Assembly: GCA_015065385.1 (NCBI GenBank)
Contig: SVQK01000009.1
Span: 18,021 to 82,020, forward strand
DNA from: Oscillospiraceae bacterium
GTDB lineage: Bacteria; Bacillota; Clostridia; Oscillospirales; CAG-272
Direction: 5' to 3'
DNA: 64,000 nucleotides
The notes under the pieces are model-generated. The model made no database searches. It saw only the letters and a list, made by a program, of their open reading frames with translations, and was not told the origin of the DNA. How positions within the stretch are numbered: position 1 is the stretch's first letter; the number at the start of each line of letters is the position of its first letter. Made by a program: the position numbers and the translations under genes. Below are positions 46,914 to 54,330 of this stretch, piece after piece.

Positions 46914-48329
46914 TCAGTTCTTTTCGGGGAAAACGAGGGATGAAAGCGACTCGGGCCGGTTGACGATCAACATTCCGTTCAGGTTTCGGGGATCTTCCCG
47001 GTTGGCGGGCATGGGAGCTCCGTCCGAGTCGGTGAAGCGTCCGCCCGCCTCCTCCGCGATGATCTGCATGGCGGCGGTGTCCCATTCCTTCATGAAGGCT
47101 CCCCTCCGCCAGTGGAGGTCGGCGCGCCCCTCGGCGATGAGGCATCCCTTGAGGCAGGATCCCACGGTGACGACTTCGGCGATTTTGTCCCGGTTGAGGG
47201 CGAGAAATTCCTCCGTGTCCCGGTCGAGATGGGAGCGGCTGACGGTGACGACGAGGCCGTCTGTCCGGTCCGACACATGCAGCTTTTCGCCGTCTCCGGG
47301 AGAGAAGTCCTCCGTCAGCGCGTCAAAGGGTATCTTGTACGCTCCGATTCCTTCGGCGGCATAGTACAGTACCTCCCGGTCCGGCACCGCGATGACGCCC
47401 GCGCGCACCTTCCGGCCCTCTGCGAACCCGATGGAGACGCAGAATTCCCCGTTGTGGGAGAGAAATTCCTTCGTGCCGTCCAGCGGATCGACGATGAAGA
47501 CACCCGCCCGGTCGGAGAGCCGACGCCCGGTGTCCTGCGCTTCCTCAGACAGAAGTTCGACTTCCGGGAAAGCGTTGCGGAGCATGGCGCAGATGCAGTC
47601 GTTCGAGGTGACGTCAGCGGAGGTCAGGGGGGATTTGTCCTCCTTGTACTCCACGGAATAGACGCCGTCGTAGTACTCCATGATCCGCTCCGAGGCTTCC
47701 CGGGCGGCGTCCAGCATGACACAGAGCAGGCGGCGGAGATCCCAGTCCGTCTCAAGCGCGGCCCGGACCAGAACGTCGGCGCAGCTTTCCGCGGATTGGG
47801 AGGCCGGAAAGGCGATATCGGGGGCGCGGGGAGGCTCGTAAGGCGCGGATACCCCGGTGAAGTCCCGGATCTCTCCGGCGAATGCTTTTTTGTACAGCCC
47901 CTTCGGATCCCGCGCGGCACAGGTCTTCACGTCCGCGGTCATCCAGACCTCAAAAAAGGCGGCGTCGGGGGAGATGATCGCGCGGGCCTGCTCCCGGTCC
48001 GCTTCGGTCGGGGATATGGCGCAGACAAAGACGGTCATCCCGGACATAGCCGCGATTTTCGCCAGCTCCGCGATGCGCCGGAGATTTTCGCGCCGGTCCT
48101 CCGGGGAAAATCCCAGTCCGCGGCAGAGACCCGTGCGCACGGTGTCCCCGTCGATCATCAGGGCGGCGTGTCCCGCGTCGGTCAGCTTTTTTTCCGCCAG
48201 AGCCGCGACGGTGGATTTCCCGGACCCGGAAAGGCCGGTCATCCAGAAAACGGCGGGACGGGAGCCCGTGATCCGCATCCGGTCGGCGGTCGAGGTGCGG
48301 GAGAGATACGGCGTGATGTTTTCCGCCAT
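46914..48329 (-). CDS. cysC: Bifunctional adenylylsulfate kinase / 3'(2'),5'-bisphosphate nucleotidase (CysC-CysQ fusion)
   Basis: Start re-set to MAENITPYL (ATG complement of 48327-48329), giving 471 aa. N-terminal half: FWMTGLSGSGKST, LDGD-like MIDGDTVR, and DPKGLYKKA (APS kinase). C-terminal half: LSEE, VDPLDGTKEF and WDTAA (inositol monophosphatase/CysQ family). Confidence 0.88.
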   Translation of the reverse strand: MAENITPYLSRTSTADRMRITGSRPAVFWMTGLSGSGKSTVAALAEKKLTDAGHAALMIDGDTVRTGLCRGLGFSPEDRRENLRRIAELAKIAAMSGMTVFVCAISPTEADREQARAIISPDAAFFEVWMTADVKTCAARDPKGLYKKAFAGEIRDFTGVSAPYEPPRAPDIAFPASQSAESCADVLVRAALETDWDLRRLLCVMLDAAREASERIMEYYDGVYSVEYKEDKSPLTSADVTSNDCICAMLRNAFPEVELLSEEAQDTGRRLSDRAGVFIVDPLDGTKEFLSHNGEFCVSIGFAEGRKVRAGVIAVPDREVLYYAAEGIGAYKIPFDALTEDFSPGDGEKLHVSDRTDGLVVTVSRSHLDRDTEEFLALNRDKIAEVVTVGSCLKGCLIAEGRADLHWRRGAFMKEWDTAAMQIIAEEAGGRFTDSDGAPMPANREDPRNLNGMLIVNRPESLSSLVFPEKN

Positions 48330-48368
48330 GGGGCAGGTACCTGCTCTTTCCACAATAATACAAATTAC

Positions 48369-48398
48369 ATTATAGCGGATGCGTATGCGCTCTGTCAA
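48369..48398 (-). promoter_or_regulatory. sigma-A promoter of the cys operon
   Basis: Minus strand TTGACA (complement of 48393-48398), 18 nt, TATAAT (complement of 48369-48374). The short leader of about 35 nt leaves no room for a riboswitch. Confidence 0.6.
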
Positions 48399-48485
48399 GA
48401 AATGGCGGTAAAAAGTCCGCAATACGCGCGGATTTGAGCAAAAATGGACTGGTTCAGGCGGTTTGTGAGGAAAAGGAGGGCGCGG

Positions 48486-48848
48486 ATGAAGTACAGTTCG
48501 GGTCGGAGCAGGATCCAAACGAAAGACGGCGAAACGGCGTTCCGGGAGGAGGAAACGGGAAGGGGTTCCGGATTCGGGGAGCGGGTCCTGCTCTTCTGCG
48601 GGATCCTCGCGGTCGCCCTGACGCTGGCAGTCCCCATGGAACAGGGGCAGAACCGGGCGGACAGGGGGGAGCGGATTCCGGTGAGCGGGGACGTCGTGGC
48701 GGTCATGAGCGCGTCGGTTCGGGATCGGGACCCGCAAAAGGATCCGCCCGATCAAGAGAGGGAAGAGGAGCCCGTGTCGGCGGAGCCGGGGGAATCGGTG
48801 TACGACGGGATCGGACGGTTTTTCGCGCGGCTTCTGACCGGAGGCTGA
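48486..48848 (+). CDS. Hypothetical single-pass membrane protein (120 aa)
   Basis: ATG 48486 lies 6 nt after AAGGAGG. TM segment VLLFCGILAVALTLAV. GC3-rich frame. Immediately upstream of, and probably co-transcribed with, the M50 gene. Confidence 0.55.
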   Translation: MKYSSGRSRIQTKDGETAFREEETGRGSGFGERVLLFCGILAVALTLAVPMEQGQNRADRGERIPVSGDVVAVMSASVRDRDPQKDPPDQEREEEPVSAEPGESVYDGIGRFFARLLTGG

Positions 48849-48854
48849 CTCGGG

Positions 48855-49337
48855 ATGTTCATCCGGCTCGGGCTGGCCGTGGGGATCCATGAGGCGGGCC
48901 ATCTTTCGGCGGCGCGGCTTCTCGGGATCCCGCTGAGGCAGGGGAGGGGCGGCGCGTTCGGGATCCGGCTGACGTTCGACTTTTCCCACGCGGGATACGG
49001 CAGAGAGGCGGCGGTACACTTCGCGGGGCCTCTCGCGGGGTGGCTTGCGGCGGCGCTTTCCGCGGGTTCGGACCGTGCGTTCGCCGGGATGAACGCCGCC
49101 TTGGCTTTTCTGAATCTGCTCCCGCTCGGGGGATTCGACGGCGGGGGGATCGCGCGGTGCTTTTTTCTCAGCGGTTTCGGTCCGGTGCGGGGGGAGCGGG
49201 CGGCGTCGGTTCTCTCGGGCGCGGTCCGGGGTATGATCTGGCTCGCGGCGGTTCGTCTTGCGCTGCTCCCGGAGCCGGACGCGGGACTGCTTCTGTTCGC
49301 GCTCGGGGAGTTGAGCCGGGGCCTTTTCACCGGCTGA
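48855..49337 (+). CDS. Minimal site-2 protease (peptidase M50, SpoIVFB-like core)
   Basis: 160 aa. HEAGH (HExxH) in TM1 and NLLPLGGFDGG (NxxPxxxxDG) in a later TM. RBS GGAGG 9 nt upstream. Confidence 0.75.
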   Translation: MFIRLGLAVGIHEAGHLSAARLLGIPLRQGRGGAFGIRLTFDFSHAGYGREAAVHFAGPLAGWLAAALSAGSDRAFAGMNAALAFLNLLPLGGFDGGGIARCFFLSGFGPVRGERAASVLSGAVRGMIWLAAVRLALLPEPDAGLLLFALGELSRGLFTG

Positions 49338-49509
49338 GGGAGGAAAGCAACGGGAAGTTGTCGAAAGCGTCAAAAATCAACGGGAATTATTATGAATTTT
49401 ACCAGTGGAAAAAAGAATTGATTTGATTTATAATTTATCCGTTATGGACTGCTCATCACAACCGCGAAAGCAAGGATGAGACGACCAAAAAACTTGAAGG
49501 AGAAACCCA

Positions 49510-51033
49510 ATGAACAAGCGACTGACCTCCCTCCTGCTGGCTCTTCTGCTGACGTTCCCGGCCTTCGCCGCCGGATGCTCCGAGAGCTCGGAGAACAATA
49601 CGGACTCGAAGAACACCGCTGCGAACACCCCCTCGGCCACGGACGCCGGAAACACCGGGGAAGAAGAGGCTGAAACCGAATTCACCCGCGCGATGGTGAA
49701 GGACGATCTTCCGGACGATCTGGACTTTAACGGCGCGACTCAGCTGGTGCTCGCCCGGACGAAGGCGTGGTTCACCGGCGAAATGTTCGTCGAGGAGCTC
49801 AACGGCGAGACCCTCAACGACGCGGTTTACCAGCGCGACACCGCGGTCGAGGAACGGCTGAACGTCGTGATCGATTACTCCCTTGTGGACGACACCAACG
49901 GCGTGGTCAACAAGAACGTGACGGCGGGTGCGGACGAGGTCTCCATTCACGTCGGATCCGCGGTCGATACCGTCCAGTACGGCGTCAACGGCAACTACTA
50001 CAACCTGCTCGGCGACGCGCCGGTTTACCTGAATCTCGAGCAGCCGTGGTGGAGCCAGTACTACACGCAGCAGGAATCCGTCATGGGCAAGGCGTTCTTC
50101 GCAACGGGCGACCTGTTCACCTCCCTGATCAAGCTGTCCTTCGTGACCTATGCCAACATGAAGCTGGTGAACGACTATCAGCTCGAAAGCCCCTACGACC
50201 TCGTCCGTTCCGGCCAGTGGACCTTCGACAAGGAAATGGAAATGGCCTCCCTCGTGCATGAGGACAAGAACGGCAACGGCGTCCGCGACAAGGACGACAG
50301 CTACGGCATGACGCTCGCCGGCATGATCGGTCTGGACGTGTACTGGTCCGCCTTCGACCTCACGATCTGCGAGAAGGACGCGAACGACGTTCCCACCTTC
50401 TCCGTGGACGAGGAAAAGATGTCCGCCGTCCTCGAAAAGCTCTACTCCTACTACATCGACTGCGAATACTGCTGGTGCCCGCCGAACCCGGATTCCGACA
50501 AGGAACAGGACGAAGTGGCCCAGATGCTCGCCGAGGACCGCATCCTCTTCACGCCTCTGCGCATCATGCACACCGATCAGATCCGCGATATGGAAAGCCC
50601 CTACGGCCTGATCCCGCTTCCGAAGTGGAACGAAGAGCAGACCAACTACTATACTTTCGTGCACGACCAGTATTCCATCGGCGGTATTCCGGTGTCCGTG
50701 CAGGATCCTGCCATGACCTCCGCCGTGATGGAGGCTCTGGCGGCGGAATCCTACCGCTTTGTCACCCCGGCGTACTACGACGTGGTTCTGAACGGCAAAT
50801 ACCTGCGCGACGCCGACTCCTCCGAAATGCTCGAGCTGGCGATGGCCGGCGTCAAGATCGACTTCGGCTGGATCCACACCTATTCGCTCGGCTCCTGCTC
50901 TCAGGGCCTGCTCCGCGAGATCCTCTACAACTCCAAGAGCTCCAACTTCTCCTCCGTGTACAAGTCCAAGCAGAAGGCTTTCGCCAAGATGATGAGCAAG
51001 CTCGTCGAGAAGATCGAAAAGATCGACCACTGA
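49510..51033 (+). CDS. Extracellular solute-binding lipoprotein (paralogue of 16772-18289), orphan
   Basis: 507 aa. Signal peptide plus lipobox FAAGCS. RBS AAGGAGAAACCCA-ATG. Shares WWSQYY/YWSQLY and PLPKWN/PLPKYD blocks with the other SBP. Confidence 0.85.
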   Translation: MNKRLTSLLLALLLTFPAFAAGCSESSENNTDSKNTAANTPSATDAGNTGEEEAETEFTRAMVKDDLPDDLDFNGATQLVLARTKAWFTGEMFVEELNGETLNDAVYQRDTAVEERLNVVIDYSLVDDTNGVVNKNVTAGADEVSIHVGSAVDTVQYGVNGNYYNLLGDAPVYLNLEQPWWSQYYTQQESVMGKAFFATGDLFTSLIKLSFVTYANMKLVNDYQLESPYDLVRSGQWTFDKEMEMASLVHEDKNGNGVRDKDDSYGMTLAGMIGLDVYWSAFDLTICEKDANDVPTFSVDEEKMSAVLEKLYSYYIDCEYCWCPPNPDSDKEQDEVAQMLAEDRILFTPLRIMHTDQIRDMESPYGLIPLPKWNEEQTNYYTFVHDQYSIGGIPVSVQDPAMTSAVMEALAAESYRFVTPAYYDVVLNGKYLRDADSSEMLELAMAGVKIDFGWIHTYSLGSCSQGLLREILYNSKSSNFSSVYKSKQKAFAKMMSKLVEKIEKIDH

Positions 51034-51071
51034 TCCCGAACGCTCTTTGAGAAATCCGCCCGTATGAACCG

Positions 51072-51115
51072 AAAACTCCCCGTCCGTCCTTTTCCGGGAC
51101 AGGCAGGGAGTTTTT
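51072..51115. terminator. Bidirectional terminator between SBP and metallophosphoesterase genes
   Basis: AAAACUCCC (51072-51080) ... GGGAG (51106-51110) plus U5, with an inner GUCC/GGAC stem. Confidence 0.75.
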
Positions 51116-51121
51116 CAGCGT

Positions 51122-51898
51122 TCAGAGCAGTTCGCCCCGGACGCCGTTGTAAAAGAGTTCTCCGTCTGCGATCCGCACGATCGGAAAACACTCGTCGGTA
51201 TAGGCGGGCGCGCGCTCCGGGCTCGGGACATTGACGAACAGGATCCCGTCCCGGCGATCTGCCCGGAAGGTGTGGTGGTGGCCCTGAAAGACGGCGCGGA
51301 CGCATCCGGAGCCCGAGAGCAGATCGACGAGCTGTTCCCAGTTCTGCACCCGGAAAAACGCGTCCGAGGGATCCCCGGTCTCCCAATAGAGACAGTTGTG
51401 GGTGAAAACCACCGTGGGGATCTTTTCCCGGAGCAGATCTTCGAGCCATCGGACCTGCGTGTCGTCCACGATCCCGAACCGCCAGTCGAAGTTGTCCGCG
51501 GAATAGTGACTTCCGTCCGGGTTGACATTCGTGTCGAGGAGCACAAAGCGGATGCCGCCCGTGACAAAGCTGGAATACGTCCGGTCGGTCCCGCAGACGG
51601 AGAGGAATTCCGCATGGCTCAGCTGCTGGAACTCATGATTCCCGGGGACGAGTGAGACGGGAAAGCCGTACCCGTTCCAGAGGGCGATCATGCCGGAGAG
51701 CTGTTCGGCCTGCCGTTCGGCGTTTTCCGCGGGCTGGACGTTGTCGCCGAGAGATACGGCAAAGCGGACTCCGGCGTCGCGGAACCGGGAGAGTCCCCGG
51801 GCAAGATCCTCCATGGAGCGGCCTGCAAATCCGCGCTCCGGAAGTCCCGGCAGATTGGCGTGAAGATCGGAAAACAAACCGAAGGAAAGATCGGTCAT
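51122..51898 (-). CDS. Calcineurin-like metallophosphoesterase
   Basis: Start re-set to MTDLSFGLFSDLHAN (ATG complement of 51896-51898) behind GGAGGAATTCCC, giving 258 aa. Motifs DLH, GDNV, GNHE and GHHH. Confidence 0.85.
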   Translation of the reverse strand: MTDLSFGLFSDLHANLPGLPERGFAGRSMEDLARGLSRFRDAGVRFAVSLGDNVQPAENAERQAEQLSGMIALWNGYGFPVSLVPGNHEFQQLSHAEFLSVCGTDRTYSSFVTGGIRFVLLDTNVNPDGSHYSADNFDWRFGIVDDTQVRWLEDLLREKIPTVVFTHNCLYWETGDPSDAFFRVQNWEQLVDLLSGSGCVRAVFQGHHHTFRADRRDGILFVNVPSPERAPAYTDECFPIVRIADGELFYNGVRGELL

Positions 51899-52006
51899 GG
51901 GAATTCCTCCTTGTTTCGGGAAGTTGTTCGGGACTGCGCTTTTTCTCCATTGTACCACCGAAAGACAGGCTCCGCAAGGGGAAAGGGCGCATTTCGGACA
52001 CGGCGG

Positions 52007-52035
52007 TTGCAAATTCCCGGCGGATGTGATAGAAT
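52007..52035 (+). promoter_or_regulatory. sigma-A promoter of the esterase gene
   Basis: TTGCAA (52007-52012), 17 nt, TG-extended TAGAAT (52030-52035). Confidence 0.5.
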
Positions 52036-52073
52036 GGACGCGAACCATCCTACCTTATGCGGGAGGTGACGTC

Positions 52074-52937
52074 ATGTCCAAAGCTCCGGTTCTGCTGGTA
52101 TTCGGCCAGTCCAACGCCCATGCGAGCGGCGTTCGGCTCCCGGAAAACGAGCGGATCCTCTCCCCCCTTTCGCGCGTCCTCACCCTGCCCCGGGCGGAGA
52201 ATCAGTTCTACTCCCCGGCGGCGGTCATATGGCGCGGCTACACGACGGAGGACACCAACCTCGGGGAGTGTCAGGATCACACGGACTGTTTTCCCACGGC
52301 GTACGCGCGGCTCTGGGAGGACAACGCCGGATCCCTCGGCCTGCCGGATCTGTATGTGATCCGGATCTCCATCGGCGCACAGGGGGTGACGGAGGGGTAT
52401 ATGTGGCATCCCCTCCATCCGAGGCGGCTGATCCCCGGTCCGCGCGGGGTGGCAGATCTCGCGCTGTTCCCCTTTTCCTGCGATGTGATCCGGCGGGCGT
52501 TCGACGATCTGCGCTCCCGGGGACTCGAGCCCGTCGTGACCGGACTGCACTGGTTCGGAACGGAGGAGGAGACCGGCGTCCCGACTCAGCGGCTGGACGT
52601 GCTCCCCGTGCTGCACCGCGTCCTGATCCGGGGATGGCGGGAGGCGGCGGGATGCAAGGTCCCGGTGATCCTCTACAAGCTCCGGTGCGTGGAACGGAGC
52701 GCGGCCATGGGGGAGGATCCCCGCTGCATCGAGACGATCAACGCCTCCTTTGCGCGTCTTGCGGAGGAAGAGAAGGACGTCTTCGCCGCCGATCCGAGGG
52801 ACTGCCCGCTGTACGATCCGTCGGATCCCATCAACAACGGCCTTTACGCCGACGGCGTACACCTCTCCGGTCCCGTCAACCGCTGGCTCGCGGAAACAGC
52901 CTTCCGGAAGGATCTCTCCGCGCTCGGCCTCGACTGA
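52074..52937 (+). CDS. SGNH-type carbohydrate esterase, sialate O-acetylesterase-like (DUF303/SASA type)
   Basis: Start re-set to ATG 52074 (MSKAPVLLVFGQSNAH) behind GGGAGGTGACGTC, giving 287 aa. The GQSN block holds the catalytic Ser. A C-terminal DGVH-type block follows. No signal peptide. Confidence 0.7.
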   Translation: MSKAPVLLVFGQSNAHASGVRLPENERILSPLSRVLTLPRAENQFYSPAAVIWRGYTTEDTNLGECQDHTDCFPTAYARLWEDNAGSLGLPDLYVIRISIGAQGVTEGYMWHPLHPRRLIPGPRGVADLALFPFSCDVIRRAFDDLRSRGLEPVVTGLHWFGTEEETGVPTQRLDVLPVLHRVLIRGWREAAGCKVPVILYKLRCVERSAAMGEDPRCIETINASFARLAEEEKDVFAADPRDCPLYDPSDPINNGLYADGVHLSGPVNRWLAETAFRKDLSALGLD

Positions 52938-53305
52938 CCGCGGCGGGTGGCCTGATACTCAAAAAATACTGTTTCGCGTCTAAACGGTCTGATCGTGCAT
53001 AGAACAGCTCTAACGAGTTTTGCCTGCACAAACCCACTGTAGCCCCCTTGCCCAACGCGCGACTGAAGCTCTTTGGCCTCCGGCTGCACAAACAGAGACC
53101 GCGCGAGGACAGTGGGATAGACAATCGGATTTCGACTCAAGTGCGGGCTGTTAGGTTATGCCATATGGCCAAGGAAACCCCCGCACGGGGGGAAACCTGC
53201 GGCCAGAGCTGGTGTCCCCCCGTGCCTCCCGCCCTGAGCAGGGCATCCAATTCGAGAAACGCGCAGCGTTTCGTTCGTTATATCCTTTTAGTAGGGATTT
53301 AGTAT
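52938..53305 (+). other. Unexplained structured non-coding region (candidate ncRNA or long structured 3' UTR) ending at a strong terminator
   Basis: Several perfect stems: CCCACTGT (53033-53040) / ACAGTGGG (53109-53116); GCACGGGGGG (53183-53192) / CCCCCCGTGC (53216-53225); GCCCT-GAGC-AGGGC (53231-53244); GAAACGC-GCA-GCGTTTC (53256-53272). GC is lower than the flanks over 52950-53170. No credible ORF. Strand is uncertain. Confidence 0.35.
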
Positions 53306-53347
53306 AAAAAAACCGGTTGAGATCGAATCCAGTCTCAGCCGGTTTTT
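53306..53347. terminator. Strong bidirectional Rho-independent terminator
   Basis: A7, then stem AACCGGUUGAGA (53311-53322) / UCUCAGCCGGUU (53333-53344) with one G-U pair, then U5. Confidence 0.75.
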
Positions 53348-53548
53348 CCGCGCCGTATCGCGTGGGAAGGGCGTCCGCACAACGCGTCTTCCGGATCCGT
53401 CCGCCCCGCCAGCGGGAGCATTCGGACCGCTCGGGTCTGGCCGACCCGTCATAGTATATAGACGCATTTTGGAGGGCGAATGTTTCACCCCGCGAACGGT
53501 TTTATTCGGAAAATGTTGTAAATAATCTGTGAACGGCGGATCCTGCCG

Positions 53549-54319
53549 TCAGTCTTTTAGAATGAGGCCGACGGGGCAGTGGTCGCTTCCGGTGACGTCC
53601 GGATAGATCATGGCGTCCTGTACGCGGTCCATGAAGCGGTCGGACACGATGAAATAGTCGATGCGCCATCCTGTGTTCCGCTCTCTTGCCTTGAACATGT
53701 AGGACCACCATGTGTAAGCGTCCTTCCGGTCGGGATAGAGGCGGCGGAAGGAGTCGGCGAACCCGGCGGACAACAGCTCCGTCATCTTCCCGCGCTCTTC
53801 GTCTGTGAAGCCCGCGTTGCCGACATTGGATTTCGCGTTCTTGATGTCGATCTCCTCGTGCGCCACGTTCAGGTCGCCGCAGAGAACGACGGGCTTGATC
53901 CGGTCCAGCTCCGTCATGTACGCGCGCAGATCGTCCTCGAAACCCATCCGGTAGTCCATCCGGGTCAGCTCCCGCTGGACGTTCGGGGAATAGGAGTTGA
54001 TCAGGAAGAAATCGCCGTAGTCAAGGGTGATGAGCCGCCCCTCGTCACTGTATTTGCCGGGTACTCCTTCCTCACCGCCGATGCCGTACCGGACGGACAA
54101 GGGAGCGGGCCGGGTGAAGACGGCGGTTCCGGAATAGCCCTTCTTTTCCGCGCTGGACCAGAAGGAGGAATATCCCTCCCGCTCGAAGTCCGCCTGCCCG
54201 GGCTGCATTTTCGTCTCCTGAAGACAGAAGACGTCGGCCCCGAGCTCGTCGAAGAATCCGCCGAATCCCTTGCCGAGCACGGCCCGGAATCCGTTGACGT
54301 TCCATGAGATCAGTTTCAT
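53549..54319 (-). CDS. xth: Exodeoxyribonuclease III
   Basis: Start re-set to MKLISWNVNGFRA (ATG complement of 54317-54319) behind GGAGGAAACCG, giving 256 aa. Motifs CLQETK, GDLNVAH and SDHCPV. Track ORF 53549-55711 is over-extended. Confidence 0.93.
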   Translation of the reverse strand: MKLISWNVNGFRAVLGKGFGGFFDELGADVFCLQETKMQPGQADFEREGYSSFWSSAEKKGYSGTAVFTRPAPLSVRYGIGGEEGVPGKYSDEGRLITLDYGDFFLINSYSPNVQRELTRMDYRMGFEDDLRAYMTELDRIKPVVLCGDLNVAHEEIDIKNAKSNVGNAGFTDEERGKMTELLSAGFADSFRRLYPDRKDAYTWWSYMFKARERNTGWRIDYFIVSDRFMDRVQDAMIYPDVTGSDHCPVGLILKD

Positions 54320-54330
54320 CGGTTTCCTCC

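Noticed and set aside
53109-53347. Possible tmRNA. GGGAUAGACAAUCGGAUUUCGAC resembles the GGGG…GGAUUCGAC 5' end of tmRNA, and the terminator loop contains GAUCGAAUCC, which resembles a T-loop.
   Set aside because: There is no tag reading frame ending in a hydrophobic …LAA-type peptide, no acceptor-stem complement or CCA-proximal 3' end, and no proper 5-bp T-stem. The GAUCGAAUCC sits in the loop of a self-contained terminator hairpin. The resemblance is judged coincidental.
53288-53522. A 66-aa minus-strand ORF, and a 13-aa plus-strand ORF (ATG 53480, after GGAGGG), in the xth-proximal part of the long intergenic gap.
   Set aside because: The 66-aa ORF is Pro/Arg/Gly-rich, lacks an RBS and runs through the terminator. 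The 13-aa ORF points at the 3' end of a convergent gene with nothing downstream to regulate. Both are probably chance.
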